The notes: a model not told the origin generated them from the sequence alone. Counted from the stretch's first letter, positions 30,151 to 41,330 are shown. The stretch is 64,000 nucleotides of DNA from Bacteroidota bacterium (GCA_049663345.1 JBATDG010000053.1:42166-106165); one strand, 5' to 3'. A program made the numbers and translations.

Positions 30151-30588
30151 TTACCCCTCCCGAACACGCTCAGCTTCGGCATACGAGATGTCGGTTTCCT
30201 GCAAACGCAGCCGAAGGCCGGTCACCTGATCGAAAGGAGCGAACACATCCCACAATCTGTCGACAAAATGAAACACGAGATTTTCGGCTGTTGTTGTGAA
30301 CGGAACCACCTTATACTTGAAACCGCTCGCCTTCAGAAAAGGAAGCATGACCTCGTCCGCGGCGTCACAAAGAAAACAATGGTCAACCTCATCAACAACA
30401 GGCATGACCAGTTTTTTCATGTCGCCGTAATCCATCATCATGCCGTCGGCGTCGCAGTACCCCTCAATCTCCACCCACATTTTGTAGGAATGTCCGTGAA
30501 TATTGGCGCAGCCGCTGGTATGGAACGGAAGACGGTGTCCCATTTCCCAATGAAATTCACGAGCAATCTTGAGTGTCCTGTTCATCAT
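30151..30588 (-). CDS. queD: 6-carboxy-5,6,7,8-tetrahydropterin synthase (QueD/PTPS family)
   Basis: Zn-binding/catalytic motif CxxxHGHSY (CANIHGHSY) and conserved EFHWEMGHRL. Confidence 0.85.
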   Translation of the reverse strand: MMNRTLKIAREFHWEMGHRLPFHTSGCANIHGHSYKMWVEIEGYCDADGMMMDYGDMKKLVMPVVDEVDHCFLCDAADEVMLPFLKASGFKYKVVPFTTTAENLVFHFVDRLWDVFAPFDQVTGLRLRLQETDISYAEAERVREG

Positions 30589-30713
30589 TGTCCTATCATT
30601 GCAATCTATATCGGTACTCTACAGTCTTACAATTTATCGATAAACTCCGCTGAATTGCAAGGGCGGAAAACGGGTTGCATCGGCTTAATGCGCGATTGGC
30701 AGTAAAGCGGAAA

Positions 30714-31820
30714 TTATTTCTGCACGCGCAGCATGGCGATGACGCCCGCGAGAAAGAACAGGAGGTTGGGGAACCAGGCCGCAAGTATGGGGTGAATACT
30801 GCCGTTGTAGCCGAAAATCTGGCTCAGCTTCTGGCTGACCATATATATGAAGAGCAGGAAAATGCTGATGCCGAATTGCACGGCCAATCCGCTGCGCCGT
30901 TTTACCGATGCGAAAGGCACTCCGAAAAACACGACGATCAGCGAGGCGAAGGGAAAGGCGATTTTTCCATGATAGTCCACAAGCAGACGCGCGATATCGC
31001 TGCCGGCAAGGCGCTGCCGCTCGATATAGCTCCGGAAAGCCCCCAGCTCCATCTCTTCCGGTTTCTGCTGCATGCGGATGATGATTTCCGGCGTAATCAC
31101 GAGAGGCCCGATGTCAATGCTGTCGAAGGATGAAACGATTTCCCGCCTTTGTACCGGCAACGTCGTGTCGCGTGAGAATTCCCGCTGCAGACCGTCGTAC
31201 ATCACCCATTCACCCTTGTCCTCTTTCCACTGCATGCGTTCGGCATCGAAGCGGCGAATCATCACCGTCGGATCATCCTTGGCGAATTGCTGCAGGCTCA
31301 CCCGGCGGGCGGTCGCCCCGGGCTGATCATAATAGTCGAGGGAAATGATGCAATTGTCGCGCTCCTGAAAGAACAGATTGTAGCGCCCGCGCATCTCGAT
31401 ATTTTTCTTCAGATACTCGCGTTCGAGTTCCAGCCTTTCGGCGTTGATGCGCGGCACCAGCCAGCCGTCGAAGCCCAGCATTGCGACGCTGATGACGAAG
31501 CCGATGAGAAGCAGCGGCACCATGAAGCGGTAGAGCGACATTCCCGCGCATTTCATGATCGTCAGCTCGTTGTTGTTGCTTAGGCGTCCGACCACAAACA
31601 GCGCCGAGAGCAGAGTTGCCACCGGCACCATCAGACTGAAAATGCGCGGGAGGAAATACACGTAGTAGAGAAGGATAATGTGCATCTCCACGTTCTGATC
31701 GATGAAGTCGTCGAGGTTCTCGATCATGTCGACGAGAATGAAAATCAGACTGAACGCAAGAATGGCGAAGACGATGGTCTTGAGAAATTGCAGCGATACG
31801 TAGCGATCAAGCCTTGTCAT
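30714..31820 (-). CDS. LptF/LptG-family LPS export permease
   Basis: YjgP/YjgQ-type topology: N-terminal TM bundle (MTRLDRYVSLQFLKTIVFAILAFSLIFILVDMIENLDDF), a periplasmic beta-jellyroll insert, and C-terminal TMs. Confidence 0.8.
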   Translation of the reverse strand: MTRLDRYVSLQFLKTIVFAILAFSLIFILVDMIENLDDFIDQNVEMHIILLYYVYFLPRIFSLMVPVATLLSALFVVGRLSNNNELTIMKCAGMSLYRFMVPLLLIGFVISVAMLGFDGWLVPRINAERLELEREYLKKNIEMRGRYNLFFQERDNCIISLDYYDQPGATARRVSLQQFAKDDPTVMIRRFDAERMQWKEDKGEWVMYDGLQREFSRDTTLPVQRREIVSSFDSIDIGPLVITPEIIIRMQQKPEEMELGAFRSYIERQRLAGSDIARLLVDYHGKIAFPFASLIVVFFGVPFASVKRRSGLAVQFGISIFLLFIYMVSQKLSQIFGYNGSIHPILAAWFPNLLFFLAGVIAMLRVQK

Positions 31821-33281
31821 TTATCCCTCGTGCGGATTAACGTGATCGCGAGAGAGATCTTCACCGCGAAAGATTTTCGGGACGAAGCGGGAGAACATGC
31901 TCCAGTCGATTACGCGCGATTCTTTCGCTGTGCGCCAGACAAGTATCGCGCCCATGATTCCGAGTATGATGTTGGCTACCCACATTCCCCAGAAGGGCGA
32001 GAGTTCCCCGCGGTCGGCGAGCTTCTCTCCTCCGATAAGACAGGCCCAATAAAAAAGGAAGAAGCCCAGGCTGAGGCCTGCGCCCATTCCGAAGCCGCCG
32101 CGCCGAGCCATCATGCCGAGAGGTGCGCCGATAAGGACAAAGACCAGACAGGCAAAGGGTATGGAGTACTTCTTGTAAATTTCAACCAGATACCGGTCCA
32201 TCTGCTTATCATCGAAATCAATGCCGCTGAGTTCAGCCATGGACTGCGACTGCAGCTGACGCGCATCCGCCAGAGTGCGGAAAGCGGCGCTCAGCGTATC
32301 GAGCGGAAGGCGCGCGATGCTGTCAGCCGCGGCGCTGTCGAGAACGACATTGCGAATCACCTGCGAAGGTGCGGCACTGTAGAACTGCACGGTCCCGCTG
32401 AAATATTTCCGCAGATGCCCGATCACTCGATCCCCCGCGACTCCGGATTTATTTTCCTGCTCGAGGGCGATGGAATCCACAATCGCCTGCATCATCTGCG
32501 CGCTCATTGTGCGATCATCCCGCCTTGTGGTGGATGCGTCGCTTCGCTGAAAGCCGAAGCCGCTTGCGGGGATCGAAACACGGTGACGGATGAAACGAAG
32601 TTTGCGGTAGTCGAGGAAGGACTTGTTTCCGACCTCGTGAATTTCGCCGTCGTGCAGGTCCATGATGATGCGTGTGTAATCGGCGGAGAAGCTCACCGTC
32701 CCCCGCTCGGCGGTGACGACTACAGCTCGCTCCGGATCGGACAGATCGTAGATCGTCACGCCTTCGAGGTCATTCGTTTTCTCGAATGTCCGGCGAACCA
32801 GAATGCGATAGCTCGGCAGTTCCTGATCGGAAGTGAACACGCCGGCTTGCAGGGACAGCGTGGGCTTGATGCGCACGATGTCCGTCATCAGCGTCTGCAG
32901 CCGCACGTTCGCATCGGGAAGAACGCTGTTGTTGAACCAGATCAATCCCGCGGTCACTCCCATCACGGCGAGGACCACGGGCGCCATCATGCGGTACAGA
33001 CTCATTCCGCTTGCGCGCATGATCGTCACCTCGTTGTCGGCCGACAGTTTTCCGAAGGCCATGAGCGATGCGACCAGAACGGACATCGGCACGGAAAGCA
33101 CCAGCATCCATGCGAGGTTAAGGGAAATCAACTCAAGGATTACCCACGGACTCAAACCCTTACCGACCAGATCTCCCGCCCGCTTCATAAGAAATTGCAG
33201 GAGAAAAAGGAAAATGATAATCGCGTTCGAGAAAAAGAACGGACCTATATGCGCGCGCAGTATGTATCGCCAGAGAATCAT
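31821..33281 (-). CDS. LptF/LptG-family LPS export permease (second copy, longer periplasmic domain)
   Basis: N-terminus MILWRYILRAHIGPFFFSNAIIIFLFLLQFLMKRAGDLVGKG is typical of LptF/G. It is directly adjacent to and co-directional with the other copy. Confidence 0.8.
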   Translation of the reverse strand: MILWRYILRAHIGPFFFSNAIIIFLFLLQFLMKRAGDLVGKGLSPWVILELISLNLAWMLVLSVPMSVLVASLMAFGKLSADNEVTIMRASGMSLYRMMAPVVLAVMGVTAGLIWFNNSVLPDANVRLQTLMTDIVRIKPTLSLQAGVFTSDQELPSYRILVRRTFEKTNDLEGVTIYDLSDPERAVVVTAERGTVSFSADYTRIIMDLHDGEIHEVGNKSFLDYRKLRFIRHRVSIPASGFGFQRSDASTTRRDDRTMSAQMMQAIVDSIALEQENKSGVAGDRVIGHLRKYFSGTVQFYSAAPSQVIRNVVLDSAAADSIARLPLDTLSAAFRTLADARQLQSQSMAELSGIDFDDKQMDRYLVEIYKKYSIPFACLVFVLIGAPLGMMARRGGFGMGAGLSLGFFLFYWACLIGGEKLADRGELSPFWGMWVANIILGIMGAILVWRTAKESRVIDWSMFSRFVPKIFRGEDLSRDHVNPHEG

Positions 33282-33618
33282 GCGGTGTTACCCGTGCAGT
33301 GAACGCACGAAGTTTTCCATTGCATCATTGCGTTGTTTAGGATATCATTCGGACCAGCCAGGCCTTCCGCACCTTTAGAACTGCGAAAAGCTGCCTTCTG
33401 GAACAGGCGGAATATACCGAATTTCTGCCATTGTGTTCCTTGCACGAGAGCCTTGCTCTTTCTAATTTTGATGTTCACTTCAGAATCGTCCAAAAAATCA
33501 GACGATTGCTCTGAAGTCCTCAGACTTTTAAATAAACGAACGTCTCACATAACAAGGGTTCCTATCGAACTTATCGTTACATCCTAACATCTTATGTAAC
33601 GTACACGGCAGCAGACGT

Positions 33619-36600
33619 TTGAATTTCTACCCCACACGTATGACCACCAACACCCCGCACGCGGGGCGCAGGAGAGGTGTGCTCACCCGGCAGCGCCTGG
33701 CTGCCCGCACAGCTCGCCTCGCTTCGCTCTTCGGTATATCTGCGTTCTCCTTGATATTTTTCCTTGGGGCTTCAATCGAGCCGGTGTTCACCGTTCCGGT
33801 CATCACCATCGAATGCGCCATGGAGTGGAACGCCTTTGTTAACGCGGGAGTGGGGACCCTGATGGGTATCCCCGGTCAGCACAGCCTCCGTGCTGGCGAA
33901 GTCTCAGGAGCGGCAGACAATAATTCGTACGATGCAGGGCTGTCGGCCGATGATAAGAATTCCGGCAGCGATGCTCAGTCGTTAGAAAACGCGCTTTCTC
34001 TTGCGATGGCTGAGGCGCTCGAAAATATTTCATCCGCTGCTTCGGGCATGGACGGGGCAAGCAGTGATGCCGATGATTTCGAGATCGTTGATTCCTTTGC
34101 CGCAGACCTCGCGCTTGCTTCCTACGCGGGAAAATTTTCCTCACCTATCGACAGCCTTGATATACCTCCAGCGGATTCAACTACGCGGGCAAAATTTCTT
34201 CCCACGCGGCCGCGGGGTTCGCCGGTGACGCAGCCTTTCCCGTCACGCCTGTCGCCGCTGTACCTGCAGCCGACGCGCGGTATTCAGCATATAGTTACCG
34301 TAGACTCTACTAAAAATGAAGTGCTGATCCGGGAAGTGGTGAACGGAAAGGATGTGCGCATCCCGTACCGTATGTCCCTCGAAGATTACATCGTAGCCCG
34401 CTACAATTACGAACGCGACCGCCGCACTGCGGAGAAAGCTTCCGAGTACACTGTGGATCAGGGAGACGACCTCGACAAGCTGTTCCGAAACATCACAGAA
34501 ATAGATATCCCGATAGCACCGAATCCGCTGATGAGTATCTTCGGCGACCGCAGCCGCATCAGCGTTCGCATCAATGGCGCCATCGATATCAATGCGGGCT
34601 TCAAAATCGAAAGCTCTGATCAGCAATCGGTGTTCCTTCGTCCGACGCAGTTCTCGCCGAATTTCAAACAGCAGGTGCAGATCAACGTTAACGGACTGGT
34701 CGGCGACAAGCTGAGCATTCGTGCGGACTGGAGCACAGAACGCACCTTCGATTACGAAAACCAGCTCAAGCTGAAGTACACCGGCTACGAAGATGAAATC
34801 GTGCAGTCGGTGGAAGCAGGAAACGTGTCGCTGCAAACTACCTCGACGCTGATTCAGGGCAGCGGCGCTCTCTTCGGAATCAAGGCCGAATTTCAGGCGG
34901 GTCCATTGCGCCTGCAGACCATCGCTTCACAGAAGAAGGGTGAGTCCGCACGGATCTCGATCAACGGCGGAGCACTCGAGCAGAAGTTCGAGCGCCACGC
35001 CTACGAGTATTCCGATAATCACTATTTCATCGATGTCGCATACCGCGAAGACCCTTCCGGCGGTGTTTCACCCTACGAGGCCTACTACAATTATCGAGCA
35101 CTCTATCCCGGCACGAATGCACCGAACGTGCTGCGGCAGGATCTGTATGTCAAGGATCTCGAGTTGTGGCTGTCTCGTCCCGCTTCCAGCGGTGTGGTTA
35201 CCGATCCCGACGAGCGCGACGTAGTTGCATTCATCGACAACCCTGAGTCCTATGTTCCAGGCGACGACGAATATCCTCCCACTTACAAGAACTACCTCGA
35301 TCCGAACTTCCGCGTCGAGCCGAAGTCCGGTGAAATCGAGGTCGGCCGCTTCAAGCGATTGAAGAAGGATGTCGATTACTTTTACAATGCTGTCACCGGC
35401 ATCATCACTCTGAATTCCAGCATTCAGGATGATCAGGTTATCGCCGTGGCTTACCGCACCGAAGGACCTATCAACACCTCCGCCGCGGATGATATACTTT
35501 TCGGCACTTTCGCTGGTGATCGCCGTCTGAACAAGGATACATATCGGGATCAGGACGGAAAAGAAATTCCGCCGCGCATGGTGCTCAAGCTGGTCAAGCC
35601 GAAGAATCTCGGTCCTTCCTTTACCAAGGCCTGGAAGCTCAAGCTGCGCAGCATCTATAATCTCAACCAGCGCAACATAACCGCAGCGGACCTCGCGAAT
35701 TTCAAGATCGTGTATCGTTCCGGCGGACAGCCCGACCAGGAAACTCTGCCGAATCTTAATGCACAATTGCTGCGCCTGTTCGGCCTGGATTACAGCGACG
35801 ACAACGGCGGACCGCCCGACGGCAGAATCGATTTCCTTCCCGGACTGACGGTGAACCCCGTGCGCGGTGAAATTATTTTCCCTACGCTCGAGCCCTGGTC
35901 CGAAGGCATGAAGCAGCTCTACGGAAGCCTGTTTAACCCTCAAAATGTTACAGCTATCAACGAGTACACTTTCCCCGAGGTGTACTCGGACACCAAGACG
36001 CAGGCGCGTCTGAGTTCACGCGATAAAATCATCATCACCGGCAACACCCGCGGCGCTGCACAGGCGGTCTACCCCCTCGGCTTCAATGTCGTCGCCGGAT
36101 CTGTGAAGGTGTATCTCAACGGCTCGCCGCTGACTCCCGGCGTTGATTACACTGTGGACGAACAGATGGGCTCCGTGCGCCTCACCCGTGAAGAAGCGCT
36201 CGTGCCCGAGGCCAAAGTTGAAATCGAATACGAGAAGCAGGACCTCTTCACCTTCGCCTCAAAAACACTTGTGGGTATGCGCGGTGAAGTGGATCTGGGA
36301 GAAAGCAGCTTCCTCGGATTTACTTACATGAGCCTGAATCAGAAGACGCTCAGCGACAAGGTGCGCATCGGCGAGGAACCGATTAGCAATTCCATGTTCG
36401 GCGTCGATGCGAAAACCATGCTCGACATGCCAGTGCTGACGGACGCGCTCAACACGCTGCCCTTCATTTCCACCAAGGAAAAGTCCACGCTCACGATGCA
36501 GGGCGAAATGGCGATGGTCATGCCCGAAGCAAGCAGCAAGACCAGTACCATTCCCAGTGACGGCGGGCAGGGCATTGCCTATCTCGATGATTTCGAGGGC

Positions 36601-39600
36601 GCACGCATCTTCATTCCCATGCAGACTGCATATTCGGTATGGCGGCTCGGATCGGTACCCAACACTCTGCCGACCAACACCGCCGCCAACGATACGATCA
36701 TGCAGACAAGCCGCGCCAAGCTCGACTGGTACAACCTGCCGATCACCGCAATATCCGACCGAACCGTCCGCGTCGACGACATCTGGCCTAAGAAAAGCGT
36801 CGCCCGCGAGGATCAGCGCGTGACCGTACTCGATTTCGATTACTATCCGGGACAGCGGGGACAGTTCAATTACGAACCCGATCTGGGCCTACAGAATCGC
36901 AACTGGGGCGGCGTCATGCGGCTGCTGCCGGTCAACGCCACCAACCTCGTCGACGGAAACTTCAATTACATCGAACTCTGGATGAAGGTGGAGAATATTC
37001 CCGGCGGCGGCAAGATGATCATCGATCTCGGAAAAATTTCCGAGGATGTGATTCCCAACGGAACGCTGAATTCAGAAGATGACGTGCTCCCGAATTCCAT
37101 ACGCAACGGCATCCTGGATCCGCAGGAAGACGTGGGTCTCGACATGCTCACCGACGCACAGGAGCAGGAGAAATATGCAGCTCAAATCGCCGCCAATCTC
37201 ATTCCCGGAGACGATCCTAGCGGCGACAATTTTGCCTATGATCCCAACAACTGGACGCGCTTCAACGGCACGCAGGGCAATCTGGATGATCCTTCCGGAC
37301 AGTTCCCCGACACAGAGGATCTGAACAACAACGGCATCCTCGATCTGGCGAACGATTATTTCCGCTACGTGATTGATCTTGATCCCGCCCGTATCGAAAG
37401 CACCGACCCGACTGTAAGAAACCCTTATGTCGTAGGCGGCGGAAATAACGGCTGGTATCAGTTCCGCATTCCGCTGGCCAAACCGGATGAGGAAGTTGGC
37501 GCACCCGCACTCGACAACGTCGAATTCATGCGCGTCATTTTCACGGATATCGACAAGGGGGATCCCGCGTCGAAGGCCACGGTTCGTCTGGCGGAATTCA
37601 ATTTCGTCGGCAATCAGTGGTACGAACGCGAACACAACGACCCGCTCCCGCTGTTCACTGTTTCAGTGGTGAACGTCGAAGATAATCCGGGCGAGTACGA
37701 TGTTCCGCCGGGCGTGATTCGTCCGCGCGACCGCACGCGTCCGGATCAGGAAATCTATGGCAACGAGCAGTCGCTGTCCCTCGATTTCACCAATCTGCCC
37801 ACTGACACTTTGCGCGAGACCTACCGCATCTTCCCCGGCAACGGGCTCGACCTCTTCAACTACCGTCAGATGAAGATGTACGTGCATGGAGACAAGAATC
37901 TTCAGGGCAGCAAGTACGAAATGGTGATGCGCTTCGGTATCGACACCGACAACTATTATGAATACCGTGCGCTCGTCGAGCCGGGCTGGTCGTCGAATAA
38001 CGAGGTGGCCATTAACTTCAGCGAACTCACCGCAGTGAAAAGCCTGATCGACAGCACGAGTTCATACACGGCATTCCCTGTGAAGGGCAAGGATAATGCG
38101 TACTTCTGGGTACACGGCAATCCCGACATCGTGCGTGTGCAGTTCATGAGCGTAGGCGTGCGCAACCTCGAAGCACAAAACATTACCGGGCGCCTTTGGA
38201 TCAACGAGCTGCGCGTGATTGAGCCTAATTCGCAGAACGGCTACGCGTACAACGCCTCGATGAATCTCCGGCTTGCAGACATCGCAGACATCAGCGCGAA
38301 CGTCAATCATTCGGACCCATTTTTCCACGGGCTTTCCGAACGCTTCAGCGCTTCGCGCGCCTGGACAACCAGCTGGAACATGTCTTCCACGCTGAACATC
38401 GACAAAGCCTTCCCAGACGAGTGGAAAGGCACGCAGCTTCGTGTTACGTATTCGCATGCGGAGAACCTGTCCAAACCGCTGCTCATTCCCGGTCAGCCCG
38501 ACATTGAAGTGGAAGGAGCCGTGGCGGCGCTTGCGACAAAAATGCGTACTGAGGGAAAACCGCAGCGCGAAATCGATGAAGCTGCCCGAAACGCACGCAT
38601 CGCCACGCAAACGCTTTCCATTCGCGACAGTTGGGCAATTCCCACCGTGAAGCTCAAAGCGCCGGGAGAGAGCTGGCTGGTGAAGGACATCGTCAATCGT
38701 CTCGAACTCAGCTACAACTATTCCGTTACCCGATACCGCGATCCGATTTTCCGTTCACGCCGCGACTGGCAGTGGCAGGCCCGTGTGGGTTACGGCTACG
38801 ATTTTGGCCGCGAGGCATATATCAAACCGTTCACGATCTTCGACGGCATCTTCCTGCTCGATTTTTACAAGGACGCCAAATGGTATTTCCTGCCGACGCG
38901 CATTTCGGCGGATGCAGGGCTTGAGCGCTCCCGTATCGAGGAAGTCGAACGTCAGCCGATTAAGTACCGTCCTTACACGCGTACGTTCACACATAACCGC
39001 TCGGGCAATTTCGCTTTCACCGCCTCCGAGCAAAGCTTGCTCAACCTGAGCGGAAATTACAGCACGACACTACGATCATCGCTGCTTGGGCTCGAGGCAG
39101 ATTATGTTTTAGACGAGAATGGCGACTTCGCCAAGGATGAGTTCGGTCTCCCGATTACCGCACAGCGTCAGAGCTCAGCTATCTTCGATGATATATTTCT
39201 CGGGCGCAGCGGCAGCCTTTATTTCGGCATTCCGACGAATTATCAGCAGCAGGTTTCGATCAACAGCCGACCCATTGTGCCTGGCATTTTCGATCTCGAC
39301 CGCTACCTGGATCTGAATCTTTCCTACCAGGTTTCCTACAACTGGGCGCAGAATATTCAGCAGGTGGACCTCGGCCGCACAGCCGGGTACAACGCCAGCA
39401 TCAGCGCGCAGACCACACTGAAACTCAAATCCCTTTTCGACCCGCTCTTCGGCGAACGCGGTTCGAGTACTGCTCCGGTTCCCCCGCGCAAACCGACGCC
39501 TGGCCGCCGCAGCACCGCGGCTCCAACCGAAGATGCTCCGAAGGCCCCGGAGGAAGACCCTCAGTTGACGGAATGGCGGACGCTGCCGATGGCCGAACTT

Positions 39601-41217
39601 TTACAGCGGCTTGAGCAGAAATTCCCCGAAAAGGCACAGGGCATCACGGAGAAATATCGCGACATCGCGGAGCAGGAAAATCAGATGGCCGAGCTGAAGG
39701 AATCAGCGACAGGCGATGAAGATCTCGAACGCGTGCTCGCACTCAACGCCTCGATTCAGAAAGCCCGCGCAGAGGTGATCGCCGTTCTTCGCGGCGAAGA
39801 GGCGCTGGACGAAATTCGCAGCAACGAAGACATGGCAGCCAGAAGCGGAGGAATAGACATCGCTAAAATTCTCTCTGATGCTGCCTACTATGCGATCAAG
39901 GTCCCGTTCCTCGATTACGACAACCTCGCATTCAATTTCTCGCAGAACAACAGCAGCCAGGTTGCCGGCGTCCGCGGCGAAACCGGATTCTCCACGTTCT
40001 GGACCAGCGTGCCCTTCGGCAATCCTCCGGATGCAAACCTTGGACCGTCGCGACTGTATCAGCTGGGTCTGATCAGCGACCCGAATCCTGCGTCAGGCCG
40101 CATCGCCTTCAAAAGCGGCTTCCCATTCATCGGCATCGAGGACTACTCGCGCGGACTTCGCGCACCGAATCCCTCCGGCACCTACACGGATAATTATTCG
40201 CAGGGCAACACGTTCTCAATCAAGACCAACCGTCCCCTTTGGGAAGGCGCGCGCCTCGATCTTAACTGGGATCTCAAATGGTCGCTGAACAAGAACTACC
40301 AGATTCGAACCGATGCTTTCGGAAATCAGATTATCGCGAGCGTCACCACCACAGGCAAGCTCGAACGCTCGTTCATGGCCTTCCCTGATTTTCTGTTCTT
40401 CAGCTTCTTCAACACGAACATGAATTCGGTCAACGACCGCTTTGTGGAATTGGACAATGACCAGACTGATGGGCGGACACAGGCGGAGAAACTTGGTGAG
40501 GCCTTCGAAACCGGCTTCGAAGCTGTGCCCTGGCTGCAGTCCATTCTTGGCGAGTTTTTCCCGCGCGTCAACTGGGGTCTGCGCTGGGACGGTCTTGAGA
40601 AATGGGCGCTGCTCGAAGGACTCGCAGACCGCATTTCTCTTGAGCACCGCTATTCCTCGAACCTGTCTTCGTCGTACCGAAACAGTCAGGACACCGGCGA
40701 ACGCCTCACCGACAGCAAGCAAGTGGGATTCAATTTCCAGCCGCTGGTCGGCGTTACTTTGGCTTTCAACCAGCTCTGGGGCGGAGATCTCAGCGTAAAC
40801 AGCCGCTGGGACAAGAAAGGAACGTTCAGTCTCAACACATCCGCGAGCAACATCGTCGAAGACAATTCAAATGAATTTTCGCTCACGGCGGATTACAAAA
40901 AGAACGGCTTCGAAATGCCGATGTTCGGACTGTCGCTGAAAAATGACATTCAGTTCACGCTGGCATTCACGCTCAACAAGACGTCGTCGCGCATCTACAG
41001 CGTGACGGATCTCGGAAATGGCGGACAGCCCCGCGAAGGCATTACGCGCATCAGCATTGAACCGCGCGTCAAATACAGCGTCAGCCAGCGCGTGCAGGCC
41101 TCGCTGTTCTACCGCTACCAGCGTACTCGTCCCGATGCAGACGTCGGTTCGCGCATCCCCGGCAGCACGATTCACGAAGGCGGGCTGGAGGTTCGCATCA
41201 CCATCGCCGGCTCCTGA
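33619..41217 (+). CDS. sprA: SprA/Sov-family giant outer-membrane beta-barrel, candidate T9SS translocon (2532 aa)
   Basis: Size (about 2.4-2.6k aa) and pervasive amphipathic beta-strand composition. Signal-like N-terminus. The same window holds three T9SS-CTD cargo genes. Family assignment is from architecture, not an explicit motif search. Confidence 0.65.
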   Translation: MNFYPTRMTTNTPHAGRRRGVLTRQRLAARTARLASLFGISAFSLIFFLGASIEPVFTVPVITIECAMEWNAFVNAGVGTLMGIPGQHSLRAGEVSGAADNNSYDAGLSADDKNSGSDAQSLENALSLAMAEALENISSAASGMDGASSDADDFEIVDSFAADLALASYAGKFSSPIDSLDIPPADSTTRAKFLPTRPRGSPVTQPFPSRLSPLYLQPTRGIQHIVTVDSTKNEVLIREVVNGKDVRIPYRMSLEDYIVARYNYERDRRTAEKASEYTVDQGDDLDKLFRNITEIDIPIAPNPLMSIFGDRSRISVRINGAIDINAGFKIESSDQQSVFLRPTQFSPNFKQQVQINVNGLVGDKLSIRADWSTERTFDYENQLKLKYTGYEDEIVQSVEAGNVSLQTTSTLIQGSGALFGIKAEFQAGPLRLQTIASQKKGESARISINGGALEQKFERHAYEYSDNHYFIDVAYREDPSGGVSPYEAYYNYRALYPGTNAPNVLRQDLYVKDLELWLSRPASSGVVTDPDERDVVAFIDNPESYVPGDDEYPPTYKNYLDPNFRVEPKSGEIEVGRFKRLKKDVDYFYNAVTGIITLNSSIQDDQVIAVAYRTEGPINTSAADDILFGTFAGDRRLNKDTYRDQDGKEIPPRMVLKLVKPKNLGPSFTKAWKLKLRSIYNLNQRNITAADLANFKIVYRSGGQPDQETLPNLNAQLLRLFGLDYSDDNGGPPDGRIDFLPGLTVNPVRGEIIFPTLEPWSEGMKQLYGSLFNPQNVTAINEYTFPEVYSDTKTQARLSSRDKIIITGNTRGAAQAVYPLGFNVVAGSVKVYLNGSPLTPGVDYTVDEQMGSVRLTREEALVPEAKVEIEYEKQDLFTFASKTLVGMRGEVDLGESSFLGFTYMSLNQKTLSDKVRIGEEPISNSMFGVDAKTMLDMPVLTDALNTLPFISTKEKSTLTMQGEMAMVMPEASSKTSTIPSDGGQGIAYLDDFEGARIFIPMQTAYSVWRLGSVPNTLPTNTAANDTIMQTSRAKLDWYNLPITAISDRTVRVDDIWPKKSVAREDQRVTVLDFDYYPGQRGQFNYEPDLGLQNRNWGGVMRLLPVNATNLVDGNFNYIELWMKVENIPGGGKMIIDLGKISEDVIPNGTLNSEDDVLPNSIRNGILDPQEDVGLDMLTDAQEQEKYAAQIAANLIPGDDPSGDNFAYDPNNWTRFNGTQGNLDDPSGQFPDTEDLNNNGILDLANDYFRYVIDLDPARIESTDPTVRNPYVVGGGNNGWYQFRIPLAKPDEEVGAPALDNVEFMRVIFTDIDKGDPASKATVRLAEFNFVGNQWYEREHNDPLPLFTVSVVNVEDNPGEYDVPPGVIRPRDRTRPDQEIYGNEQSLSLDFTNLPTDTLRETYRIFPGNGLDLFNYRQMKMYVHGDKNLQGSKYEMVMRFGIDTDNYYEYRALVEPGWSSNNEVAINFSELTAVKSLIDSTSSYTAFPVKGKDNAYFWVHGNPDIVRVQFMSVGVRNLEAQNITGRLWINELRVIEPNSQNGYAYNASMNLRLADIADISANVNHSDPFFHGLSERFSASRAWTTSWNMSSTLNIDKAFPDEWKGTQLRVTYSHAENLSKPLLIPGQPDIEVEGAVAALATKMRTEGKPQREIDEAARNARIATQTLSIRDSWAIPTVKLKAPGESWLVKDIVNRLELSYNYSVTRYRDPIFRSRRDWQWQARVGYGYDFGREAYIKPFTIFDGIFLLDFYKDAKWYFLPTRISADAGLERSRIEEVERQPIKYRPYTRTFTHNRSGNFAFTASEQSLLNLSGNYSTTLRSSLLGLEADYVLDENGDFAKDEFGLPITAQRQSSAIFDDIFLGRSGSLYFGIPTNYQQQVSINSRPIVPGIFDLDRYLDLNLSYQVSYNWAQNIQQVDLGRTAGYNASISAQTTLKLKSLFDPLFGERGSSTAPVPPRKPTPGRRSTAAPTEDAPKAPEEDPQLTEWRTLPMAELLQRLEQKFPEKAQGITEKYRDIAEQENQMAELKESATGDEDLERVLALNASIQKARAEVIAVLRGEEALDEIRSNEDMAARSGGIDIAKILSDAAYYAIKVPFLDYDNLAFNFSQNNSSQVAGVRGETGFSTFWTSVPFGNPPDANLGPSRLYQLGLISDPNPASGRIAFKSGFPFIGIEDYSRGLRAPNPSGTYTDNYSQGNTFSIKTNRPLWEGARLDLNWDLKWSLNKNYQIRTDAFGNQIIASVTTTGKLERSFMAFPDFLFFSFFNTNMNSVNDRFVELDNDQTDGRTQAEKLGEAFETGFEAVPWLQSILGEFFPRVNWGLRWDGLEKWALLEGLADRISLEHRYSSNLSSSYRNSQDTGERLTDSKQVGFNFQPLVGVTLAFNQLWGGDLSVNSRWDKKGTFSLNTSASNIVEDNSNEFSLTADYKKNGFEMPMFGLSLKNDIQFTLAFTLNKTSSRIYSVTDLGNGGQPREGITRISIEPRVKYSVSQRVQASLFYRYQRTRPDADVGSRIPGSTIHEGGLEVRITIAGS

Positions 41218-41240
41218 TTTTCATACGAAATTATGGTACC

Positions 41241-41282
41241 GGACGCGGCACTTGCATGACATGGTGCCGCGTCCCATTTTAT
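41241..41282 (+). terminator. Rho-independent terminator after sprA (11-bp perfect stem GGACGCGGCAC/GTGCCGCGTCC, 12-nt loop, CATTTTAT tail)
   Basis: Begins 24 nt after the sprA stop. Confidence 0.6.
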
Positions 41283-41330
41283 ACGGATACACGAATTCTC
41301 GTGAAATACTGCTAGAAGCAAGAGGATCTG

